From Callorhinchus milii (taxonomy: Eukaryota), in contig NW_024704743.1 in assembly GCF_018977255.1 (NCBI RefSeq), positions 70,992,001 through 71,056,000 on the forward strand: a DNA stretch of 64,000 nt, in the 5' to 3' direction. The notes beneath the pieces are model-generated. The model was not told the origin of the DNA. It saw nothing but the letters and a program-made list of their open reading frames with translations, and did no database searches. Shown piece by piece: positions 1 to 42,600 of this stretch. The stretch's first letter is position 1. The number at the start of each line of letters is the position of its first letter. The position numbers were made by a program, and so were the translations under genes.

Positions 1-609
1 TACTCCACCGTGATGTGGTTGATACACAAAAGTGTTTTCACGTGGTTGGTTGACAGTTTGAGGTCAAATGCAGGAATACAAATGGGCAAAGCGTAGTGCT
101 CAAGTTTTACTCTGGTGATTCAAGACGATTGCAATGCACCCTTACAGCCATGTTTATTCTGGATTTTTCTATAGGTAAAATTGTTGTTTATTGAAATTGT
201 GTTAACTTCAATGGAACTTTTGCAGAATGTTTCGCTTGACATCGCATTGACGTCTTTTAGCCCTAACCCGTGGTAGTGGTGGTGGGAGGGGAGTGGGTGG
301 GGGGGGATTTTTTATATCTTACTTAAATTTCACATCAACAATGTGATAAGGCGCTAAACCAAATGCAAGAATTACTCTAATAATACCAACCCGGGCATTG
401 GATATAGCGCCTTATCGCGTCTTCGAGATGACTCGAAGCCCTTCACAGAATATACGGTAAAAGTGAATTGACTATATATTTTGTGGCCGATTCTTCCTGT
501 ACATTACAGTGGCAAAACGGATAAACCACCAGAGAGTGCACTGCAAATGTGGAAACAGAGTGTGGATGTGAATGTGACAGAGGATCGCTCTGTGCCGCCC
601 CTTCCGGGG

Positions 610-726
610 GGTGTGTGTGTGTGTGTGTGTGTGGGGGGGGGGTCCCGCTGCCAGTGCCCGGGGACTAACACACACACACACACACAGACAGACACACACA
701 CAGACAGCTGAGCTGAGCTGAGCTGA
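610..726. repeat. Microsatellite cluster: (GT)~12, G-run, (CA)n/(GACA), (GCTGA)4
   Basis: Read directly. Confidence 0.9.
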
Positions 727-816
727 GGAGCTGCCACTTCGCTGTGGTCGCGGCTCCCGCCCGGAGCACTTCCTTATACAACAAGACAACACGGCGCGGC
801 ACGTAGGCTGGAAACC

Positions 817-31827
<31,011 letters not shown>

Positions 31828-34200
31828 AGGGCTAAGTAAATAATTTTTTTTCAGAGGGGTGTACTGTGACCAGACCACGTTCGTCAAGTGCACGGTGCAG
31901 ACTAAATATCAATGATGCCTTACCAGTAGCTCCAGAAACCAGCTATTGTTGACATCAAAATAAATTCTTCATGCAGCCAGTTGCAATCTGCAGGCAGACT
32001 GATCAGCTTTACTGTGTCAGGAATGGAAAATATAAGTCCAATCTACATAATGCAATTAGTAATAAAAAAAGCAAATATGTTTTATGTATGGAAATTATTT
32101 TTTAACATAAATTGCTGAGAATATGGGTTGATATTTAGTGTCCATACCCTTGAGAAAATTCACTTTCCAGAACATGAAATGTTCTCCCTTTGTAGATAGA
32201 CAGTACTTAGTCTGTTTCCAATGTCTGAGTCCTATATCCAGACTCCACCCCCCACCCCCCGTTTCTTCCAGGATTGGGGAAGGTGGCATCAGGAATATTC
32301 TGCAAAGCAGCAACTAGAACTTTCATTGCTCTAATAAGGATTTTTACCAAGTATCTTGACCTCAGAGAGGATCAGTTTATAAACTAGATTAACCAGAAGC
32401 CCTTTTCTTCTGGTTATTATTTCATACTATTTTACAAAGGGAGAAGGCAAGTGTTACTTAAATAATAATTTAACAATCTGTGCGAACATTATATTTTATT
32501 GGCAATCTAGTCAGTATATCAATCACATTATGGGAGTGCAGAAGAGGCTGTCTTAGAGGTCCAGATTTATGCCATGAGTGCTTATATTGGGAATATTCTT
32601 GGGAAGCAGTGCTCTACTTATAATGTAACCATGATACAAGCTGAGTGTGCTTTAGAAATCTATGATTGGAGATGCATGCACCTATTATAGTTCAGTGTGG
32701 TGTAGTGCAATTATTATGAGTGCTTGCCATGCCTTGCTACAACCGTGTGGCTTTTGGCTTGAGAGCAAGGCATGCAAACTGTAAGACAGAAAATTGATGC
32801 CAGAGATTATGACAGATGTATATTTTTAAGTCCTTCATGACAAACTGCTAGTCAAGTGTCATTTTCTAGCCTGCATTCTCTCTGTGTATCTCTGCTGATT
32901 TAATTTGGTATCTTTACTGGACAGGAAATGGCAATAGGAACAACATCAGTGCCCAGCCTCAAACATTAAAGGACAATGTATACCTCCAAGGCTTTGAATA
33001 AAAAAACATAGGCAGAAAAGAAAGATTACCTATCTTATAGGGTCTTCAATCTTTAACCTTTCTCAGTGTGTAGAGAAGTAAAGGCCACTAGTACCAAAAC
33101 TGAATTGTCGGCTTGAATGAACATTACAACAAAACCCTATCCCAATAGACAGGGTGAACATGTTTTCGGTATGGATGTGAATGGTATCAATTATTTTGAG
33201 AAATGAATAAAATAAACAATGTACACATTAAGAAATATCTCAAATGGTGACATGCATCTATGGAATGTATGCAGCTTGTTACAGTACACTTCATCAAGTA
33301 ACCCATCGTTTTTTTAAAAGGGCAGTTTTTGAAAGCACTTTGGTAAAGTATGACAGTAAAATGTTAGAACTTGGTGTTGATTCACAATCTTTACTATTTC
33401 CTATGCAGCACAAGTTAGCATGGTTTGAATTCATTACCATACATCCATTTGCAATGCAATAATGTGCAACACTCTAAATATGATGGATCGTGAGAGGACT
33501 TTAGAATATTGTAAGAATGTTTTATTAAGTCTTGTTTGAGACAACTGTGCTCTGGCAACCTATTCTTAAAATAGAAGGGTGAATGTTCTTAATTATTAAA
33601 ATGCATTCATTACAAGGTATAAGTATTTTGTTACTTGTGAAATGCATCCAATGTGCCATTAGGTCAATTGTCTTAAGCATTTTACTGTTTAATTTGGAGT
33701 GGCATTGAGTACAGTACTTAAAACAAACTGTATGATGAGATTTCAGCTGATAGAAATAGTAAAGTGTTTTAAGTTGTAGTGTTGCCTGATGTTGGTGCAC
33801 TTTATGGTGTGTAATCACTACCAGTCATCTGAATGCTAGCCTGAACTGGTCAGAAATAGTGGTGTAATTCAGGCTGTTTTAATATCAAAGCTTTTATCTG
33901 CTAGTAAAAAATATTAAGTTAAAATGTGTATTGTGACTTTTAAAACGTATGTCTTTTATTAAAATAAGTTCAGTAGTGCAAAATTAGAATGTAATAAAGT
34001 GACTAACTTATTAAGATATTTTCTAAATTGTCCAATTACCATTTTTTATTTTTTAGAAAAAATAGATTTTGTGCAATATTGTAAACTTTACCTTTGTGGT
34101 TTTGTAAACCTTTTTGTATTCACTACACATGGAGAAGTCAAATGTTCTTTTGTAAAATTAATATATTGTACTAAGATAGAAAATAAATGGTAATTTTCAA
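31828..34200 (+). other. KAT2B: Probable long KAT2B 3' UTR with several AATAAA signals
   Basis: AT-rich stretch with no recognisable repeats after the stop; AATAAA at 32061, 33993 and 34182; SINEs resume at about 34370. True cleavage site unknown. Confidence 0.6.
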
Positions 34201-34371
34201 AAGATTCAATTGAAGTATTTCTATAAGTGCTAAAGTTTCTGCAAAAAATTTAAAGCTTTTTTTTGCCTGTAGTTTCCCCCCTCCTTAATGAGGGGAACAT
34301 CATTTGCAGATATTAAATGTTGTGCTTACTGCTGGAACATATCTTATTCCACTTAATTGACTGAAGGGGGA

Positions 34372-34718
34372 ATAATAATCTTTGCATTTGATACAGCACC
34401 TTATCACATCTTCAAGACATCTCAAAGTGATTCACAGAATATACTGAAAAGTGAATTGAACTATATATTTTGTGGGTGCAACAGGGCAGCCAATTACGCA
34501 TAGCAGGGTCCCACAACAGTCATGGATTGAGTGACCAATTTATTTTTTTAAAGGAATTATTATCCCCAGAAAAGTGATGCCCCTAACAACCAGGTTCCTA
34601 CTTTACAGCTAGGTAAACAGAGGTGTGTGGACTAAGGAAACTTGCCCAAGTTTTCGCCTCGCCGGGAATTAGACCCAGGTCTCTCACTTGCGAGGCGAGT
34701 GCTGAGCTACAGGACTCC
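34372..34718 (-). mobile_element. Young tRNA-derived SINE, between the two 3' ends
   Basis: Same head, body and tail. Confidence 0.9.
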
Positions 34719-36450
34719 TACAAATACATAAGTCTACAATGCAAGTTTCAGTCAAAATTCATGTATACAATTATGCACATAACCCAACAAAAATAACTCA
34801 TCAAACTTTAAATTTAGACATACCTATATGGATCCTATGTCAGGGTAAACAATGCTAAATTTCAATGTATTTCAGAATTCTTCCATCACTCCATGGAGAA
34901 AGCCAGCCTCTCGAAAGCACTGCCTAACAGTTCTCCTTGTTCTGAACTCTTAAGCATGGAGCTGAGGGGTTTTCTCCAGTTCATTTGTGAAGTCCAAGAT
35001 CAAGCATTGAAGTGGATTAGTGGTACACGGGAAGCAGCTCCAGTCCACACTAACCTGTTGCTGAGCACCCTTGTGGCCAGAACTTCACTATAGGCATGTC
35101 GATTTGCCAAAGCCCCTCACATAAGACTTGGATAAACCAGCTGCTACTCAAGGTCTGCACCTGCAACTAATGGAACCATCTCTCAATGGGTACCTGTGGG
35201 CAGAATAGTGAGGATGGTGATCCACCTAGAGAACTTAAACCTGCACTTGAGAGATGACATATGACAAACTGGTGACTATCCTGTTGGAGGATGATAGGTA
35301 AGGTAAGCAGGATTTCTTTGCCAATGAACCACCTCCAAGGCACTCTGCTTAGCAAAAGAATGTCAGAATAGTTAATCCTCTTTGGCAGTCTGGTTCCTCA
35401 GCCAGGCAGATAATAATCCTTGCATTTGATACAGCCCTTTATCATGTCTGAGACACCTTAAAGCATTTCACAGTATATATACACTGTAAAGTGAATTGAC
35501 TATATTTTCTGGGCGAAATCCAGACCCACAGTACTCTCGTCCTGCTAATAGAAAACCCAGCTTGATTGATTGGCAGGACTTGGGAGGGGATTCTTCCCAC
35601 CACTGGACAAGCAATGGAAAGCATGCTTGCAATTGCAGTTTCAGCTGCTTAAACTATAAAAATACCCCCACACACAATCAAGAGTCCCTAATTTGCCAAT
35701 ATTCACCTAATTATTTGTGCACATTCTATTCCAGATACAGGGAAATATCCATGTACAAGTGGAACTATGTCTGGTATGTATACTCTTAAGTGTGGTAATA
35801 GGTTTCTCTTCACACATCAGACAACCAAATAATTATAATATAAAATATAAATATGTCAAACAACTAAATAATACATATAAACTATTTTTAAAAATATGCA
35901 TTCCGTGAATTTTAAAATTTCATTTTTTGCTTGTAAATCCTTGGACTGACCGAACAAAACAATCCCCGAAAATGAAAAGCATAACCCATCCCATGTTAAT
36001 AAGTTACTGCATTGGGTAGACAATGTTGGACTTGTATATTTAAAAACAATCTTCCATTGACAGTCAAATTTTATTTTAACATGAGTTTCTGATCTTTTAC
36101 AATCTGCTACAGTTAAAATATTGGGTAAACAAGCAGCAGACGCAACTTCAATAAAAGGGCATCAATTCACCTTCTGATTTCCTTTACATGATTTCTAAGC
36201 TAAATTAGAAATAATTGTTACAAACACTACAGTATCTAAAAGTTTCAGTAAAAAGGTTTTGCTATGTTAATAACAGTTAATTGAACAATAGTGAAAATTG
36301 TTTTAATCCAATAGCTTCTAAAATACTTGAAAACAATGAAAACCAGCTAATATACAAAGATGTAAATATCTTATCAAAAAAATAACATTAATACACAGTA
36401 AGTTTGATCTTAAATTAAGGAAATCATGATATACAGTTTGAGTTATGATA

Positions 36451-36601
36451 TTATCGGCAGCCAACAAATGCTTCATTATATCGGTTAAGCGGAGATTTCT
36501 TTTTTCCAGATTTCCGGCAAGATGCAACATCCTTCTTCAGTTTGAATACTGGCGAGTTCAAAAACTCAGTGTCAGTGAACCTATCTCCTCTACGCAATTT
36601 C
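36451..36601 (-). CDS. SGO1: SGO1 last coding exon ([20 protein letters not shown]...[10 protein letters not shown])
   Basis: ctcaacag| acceptor, TAA at 36453-36451; minus-strand AATAAA at 36075-36070. Confidence 0.93.
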
Positions 36602-39600
36602 CTGTTGAGAAAATTATTAGAATTCTCTGTTAACACTTAATAGTGATGAATATTTCACCCCTTTTTTAGGACACAACCACTTGACAGCATTTGTTAAAAA
36701 ATAGGATAGAGGGCTAAGATGAAAATTAGATAAACTAGTTATAGCTGTTCGTTAAGCTTCAGCACTCTCAGCCCAGATCCTCAGAATTAAAATGATAATT
36801 TGGTACTAATCATCAGCCTTCAATAAGGATAATAAATGTAGGAAGTTTTTTTTAAAAATAGTCTCAAATACGTTCATTTGATAATGGAATTAAAAACAAT
36901 ATCACACTAAATTTGAGCAATGGATGCAGACAGTGGGTGCCAAGTGTTGCATCCCATCACTCACCTTGTTGAACCAAATGCATTAGCCAAGGACAACCAG
37001 GTTGCAGGAATCAAAGTACATTGTGACTTTTGAACTCAGTCTAGACCGACAGTGTTGGGGGAGTGTTGCTTTGTTCGAAATGCCATCATTTGGATGAGAT
37101 GTTAATATCTAAGCGAACCTCGCAGTCCATGTGTTTACAGCAGTGTCAAGCAAACAGTCATGAACAATTTTATTTGATGGATTGCTGGCCAGGACATTGC
37201 ATATGAAGGCCAAAAGATATTGCAAGAAAGAGGAAGACTTCACCTTTTGAAGTGATATCCCATTTTATAATAATAATCCTTGCATTTGATAAAGCACCAT
37301 ATCACATCTTCAAAACATCTCAAAGTGCTTCACAGAATATAGTGTAAAGTGAATTCACTATATTTTGTGGACGAAATGCAGCAGCCATTTGCGCACAGCA
37401 ATGTTTTAATATCAATGCTTTGTTGATGAAACCTGCCTACCTAGCCTAGCAGGTGGCCTCATGAGGAACCCTGCATGTGTTCAAACAATGTAAACAAAGT
37501 TAGCTCTGATAAAAGAAGATGCATTCCACTATCCAATCTTTCCAATGCAATATTTTTCCTTGAGCAATTTTTGTTAAACAGATGAAAAAAATCTTATTTA
37601 ACTGTAGGTTGAACAGATGATTTTTTTCCGTATCATATTCACTTGAAAATCTCAATAGTTTTTCTACTTCCTCTATATATGTTCAACTTACGCATTAAGA
37701 TTTGGCTCCTTATAATTCACAGACACGGTGCACCTGCGCTTAGAAACATCTGCCACAGGATCAGCCCATTTTTCACCCAATATAGGAGAATAAATCATCC
37801 TCATTTTCTGGTTTTCAACAGGTGTGAACGAAAAATTGGTGATATCACTCAGACTGAAGCGAGGGGTGTCCAGCTCATTTCCTGTTTTCATGAAGAAAAT
37901 TAAGGGGACAATCAGCAGAAAATTTACCACAAAACTCAAAACTAAAATATAGCTCCCAATTACACAACCCCTTTTCAATATGATTACACCTGAGAAAATT
38001 AATAACCAATTTGATTTTTAATACTGCTCTCAATCGCCTTTAGCTGTAGTTTAGCATTTGCTGGAATATTCAGAAACACAAACATATCAAGTGGAAATTC
38101 ATTAAGAGTGGTGATTGCATTCAATGCTTTTTCCCTCACCAGTAAACTGCCTGTAGTATTAGTGAGTTTTTTTGTTCACCATTAGTGTCAAATAAGTGGT
38201 GGGCCTGGAGTTAAACTAAAACCAGTCAGCTGCCATTACATACAGTACTAAGCATCACTGTACAATGGCATCACATACTTCTGCGCAAACACTACCAATG
38301 TTTCAACAAGTAATGTAATGTTAATGTACCAGATGTGATTGAAAAGTAGAACATGATGTCCTTACCTGTTGTTTTAAGGGCTTGTTTATTCTTCACTTTC
38401 TCATTACTTCTTGCATTTTCTCTACCTTGGTCTTTGTGAGGTAACAAGGCTGTCTCAGGCATCAGTTCACAATTTTTAAATTTCTGTATACTTCTACTTT
38501 TAACACAAGAAGTTCCTTCCGCATCATAAATTGGCGCTATTTCTAATAGAATATTCTTTCCAGCAGATTTGGAATTTTCAACTTCATTGGCTTTGTCTAT
38601 TAAACATACACAAAATACAATGTTTTAGTGTTATTTTTAAATTAAAATATAAAGCTTCAAAAAAAAAGCAAACAATAATACAAATACTGTTTGGTGTAGA
38701 TTTTAGTCAAACAAGACTTGCTACTCATTCACGCCAATGAGAACATTAGAAACATAGCAAATAATCATTGGGACAAAAGTAGTGAAAGACACGTATCATG
38801 GCTTCAAAAAGCATTAAAGGTCTTTTCCAAGTTAAAATGCGGTTTTATCATCAATGTACAAGTTGCTTAAAATCCATACTACATTAACACTAGAACTAAT
38901 CTATGACTATTACTCCTACTTCACTATTTAAGGCAGTAAATCACATTGAATAGAAGACTGAGGGGATAAACATGCTTTCAGCCACTGTGCTCCGAAATTC
39001 TGGAACACTCCTCCTCTATCCCTCAGTTTTGCCCTTTCCTTCCCCATCAGACCTTCCTCTAAAACTGTGCCTACGGTCACCTCCCTCTGGCTAAGCGACA
39101 TGCTCCGCCACTGTCAAGTGCTGTGGGACATTACCCAGCGTGAGGGACACTATATAAATGGAAGTTGTTGACTTGTGCCCAGGCAGAGCACCGGTTTTAT
39201 TGGGATATAGAAAGGAGAAGAATATTCTTAAGTATACAGATCAGATCAAACAAGGTTGATTTTCCACTGAATTTTGGGAAGTACTGCAATATTCTAGAAG
39301 TATCTCAAGAAGCCCTGCCATGGAATCCAGAACTTGTGCCCTGAGCCCCCTGACTTGACTCTCAATGGGATTTTTTAATGGTAGCTAGAGTTCTAGGTTT
39401 TTGCTGCTTGGTCACAAACTGGGCTGTATAATTTCCCGCAGAAATACATTACAATCACAGCTGTAAGATTCCATGATTCTATAATAGCATTAGTTGCTGG
39501 AAAGATTTGGTATAGGAACACTAGTGTTTGAAGATTAATTGAAGAGCCACCTATTTTAAAATAACCTCAACTAAAAACACAAATTCTAACATAATTATTT

Positions 39601-42600
39601 GGAGCTGAAGCGAGAGGAAAAAAAACAAGCTCTAAAGAAGTTCCAGAATGAGTCAGTCTGAAATAAACCTGTAGCAGTACAAGGATTCAGTTCATCTCAC
39701 CATTATATTGAAGATACTTGGTGCTTTGAAAACTTCAATATTTTAAGTCTGAGAAGATGATATAATTTGCTAATGTACACATACAACTATAAAATTTGAT
39801 TAAACTATACTCACCATTCTTTGGTAGTTTCAGAGGCTCAGAAGTCTTAATTCCACTTTGAACCATTTCCCCTTCGCTAATACATTGAGGTCCTTTTTCA
39901 TGGGAGTGCCTTCGCTGTAATATTACTGTGGTCCTTTTTGACCTCCGTCTTGCTGGAAAAGCTGCTGTCTCTTCACTACCCTGACTATTCCTGGATCTTT
40001 TCCTGCGTTTTTCAGCAGGAGGAAGGTAAGGACTATCATCTTCATCTAAATCATTAAATGAGCTATTCTCCGAACTAGTACTTTCTTTAGTATTCTCTAT
40101 ATTCCCATTCGTTTGCTCTTTCTGACGGAAAGGTGTAAGATGAATACTTTCTTCACAATCAAAATCATAAGCATTACTAATATTAAGATTAAGAGACTTT
40201 CGTTCTTTGGCTATACTTTTTTTACTTTGACTTCGATCTCTACTGCTGGATCTTGTTCTACGTCTCGTGGGTTCCCAAGGTTTCTTTAATGGCATACTTC
40301 TATTTCCCTCATTTAACTTTCCCTTTCTCCCTCGTTCCACTTCCAATCGAACATCAACTTTTTCTGAAACAGGTTTCATCTTCTGCACATTTTCAAAATT
40401 TACTATTTCAGTGTTTCTTGCATTGACGACGAGCTTAGTTTTGACTCTCTCAAGTTCCAAATTGTTCGTAATTTGTATCTGCTCCATGTTAATGTTTGAC
40501 GCATTGTTTCCTTCACTGCAATTTTCAGATTCAGGTGAACTTTCCACAGTGTCCAAATGAATTGCTGACTTTTGCTCTTTGAGACCTTCCTCAATTATTG
40601 ATGGAATTTCTGAATAATCATTAAAGCTATTGAAAGAATTGAAGGTGTCAATCTGACCACAGAATGATGTATGTTTCCTTCCACAACGTCGCCTAATTGA
40701 AACTCCTTTTGGCAAAGAAACCACTCCCTCACATGTAGCATCATCAAATGTAGCTGCTGATGTTTCATCAGAGACTTCACTGTGGTATAATGTTGATCGT
40801 CTCCCTTTTTGAAAACAGAAAACATCGACATTTAATCTCGATATTTACCCATTTCTTATTCTGTGTTTACAGTGTATGCTAAATCGTGGGGTTGAAATCA
40901 ACAACGTTGGTTACTAATCCTGGAAGTCAGTGGTCAGACAGGGATCTGTATTGATCAAGGATGAAGGGGCAGAATATTGGCACCCTGCTCACTATCAATT
41001 TACCTCCTCAAATTTGAGGTTGAAGAAATATAATAACTGGGGTCCTAAGATCTATCAAAATACAGAATTTGGAGGCAATTCCTGAAAACCCTAGAGTTAA
41101 ATAAGAACAGGCTTCCCAAGATAAAAATAAAGCAAAAGGGAGATTTACGGGTGATTATCATTGGTATGGAAGGAACTTATCCACCAGGATGGAGTTCCAG
41201 AAAGCGTCAGGGCAGGGGACAAGGAGCAGGCCAGTGCTCGCTGAGCTGCAAGGTTGGTAATGTTTTAGTTGGTCACAGAAATAGGAAGAAGCAAGACAGT
41301 GGAGGGGTTTTAAAAGTGAGGATGAGCATCATGAACTTGATCCTCTGGGAGAGGGGAGCCAGTGAAGTTGAGCGAACATGGTGGTGATCAGCTCATGAAG
41401 CTTAGTGCAGGAGAGGACATTAGCTGTGGAGTTCTGAATAATTTGCAGGTTGTGGAAGGAACAGTTGGAAAATCCAGCGAGCAGAAAGTTAGTATAGTCA
41501 AGCCTGGATGTGGTGAAAGCATAGATGATGATCTATGTGGCCTGTAGGGAGAGGTAGTGGTGGGGACGGGCAATGTCATGGAGGAAGGTAGAATGGATAA
41601 TGGCATGGATGTGGGATTTAAAAGACAGTTTAGGGTCGAACAAAACACCAAGGTCCCATACTGACTCGGTGGACCTTGCATAGTGATGCTGTCAAGACTG
41701 AGCTGAGGAGGCGCTGACGGTAGCCAAGCAGGAGGGTCTTGGTTTGTTGGCTCTCATCCGGGACTTATGTCTGACAGACAATCCGCCAGGACAGCTGTGG
41801 TCCCAGAGTCAAGAATGGAGGCAGAGAGAGAGTTGGGCGTCATCCACATACATTTAATGTAGTAAAAAAAACTATTTGCTGATCTTATTAGTGAGCTTCC
41901 TCTGTACCTTCCTTCTCTTTCAAAACAATATTTTATCCCTGAATATAGAAAATTTACCTTTGGATTTCTTTAATGCAGATCGAGTTTGCTTTTCATTAGG
42001 CAGCAACACTTCATTTGTCATAGTTGTCTCAGCATCTTCAGATAGTTGATTTTTGTCCGTTTTTGAATTCTTAATTGGAACTCCTTTGGCCTGGTCCCTA
42101 AGAAAATAATGCATATTGTAAGTATGTAAATATTGCAAACATTAACTGTGTTGCTCAACACATTCTTCATTGAACAATTATAGCAAACAAATGAGGTCAA
42201 TGAGACAGGAAAGTCTGACGAATGCAGAGAACTGATGATGGTTAACCAGACCACCCCAAAATTTCTTCCCCCACCACCCCAAAATCAGTCAGGTATTAAC
42301 CACATGGAAACCAATCGCCAAGCCAAGCTTAAGTCCTGGAGTCCTGTGGAGTCCTGTAGCTCAGTGGTTAGAGCACTCGCTTTGCAAGTGAGAGACCTGA
42401 GTTCAATTCCAGGCAGGGCGAAACCTTGGGCAAGTTTCCTTACTCCACACACCTAATAATAATCCCTCCAAAAAACCAAAAACAATAATTAAATTGGTCA
42501 TTTTCAATCTACGACTGTTTGTGGGACATTGCTGTGCGCAATTGGCTGCCGCGTTCGCCCACAAATATACAGTCAATTCACTTTGTGTTCTGTGAAGCGC

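Noticed and set aside
42348..42420. tRNA-Ala(TGC)-like sequence (also at about 44495-44565, 54633-54700, 34650-34718)
   Set aside because: Continues directly into SINE body and tail and lacks a proper acceptor stem; these are SINE heads, not tRNA genes.
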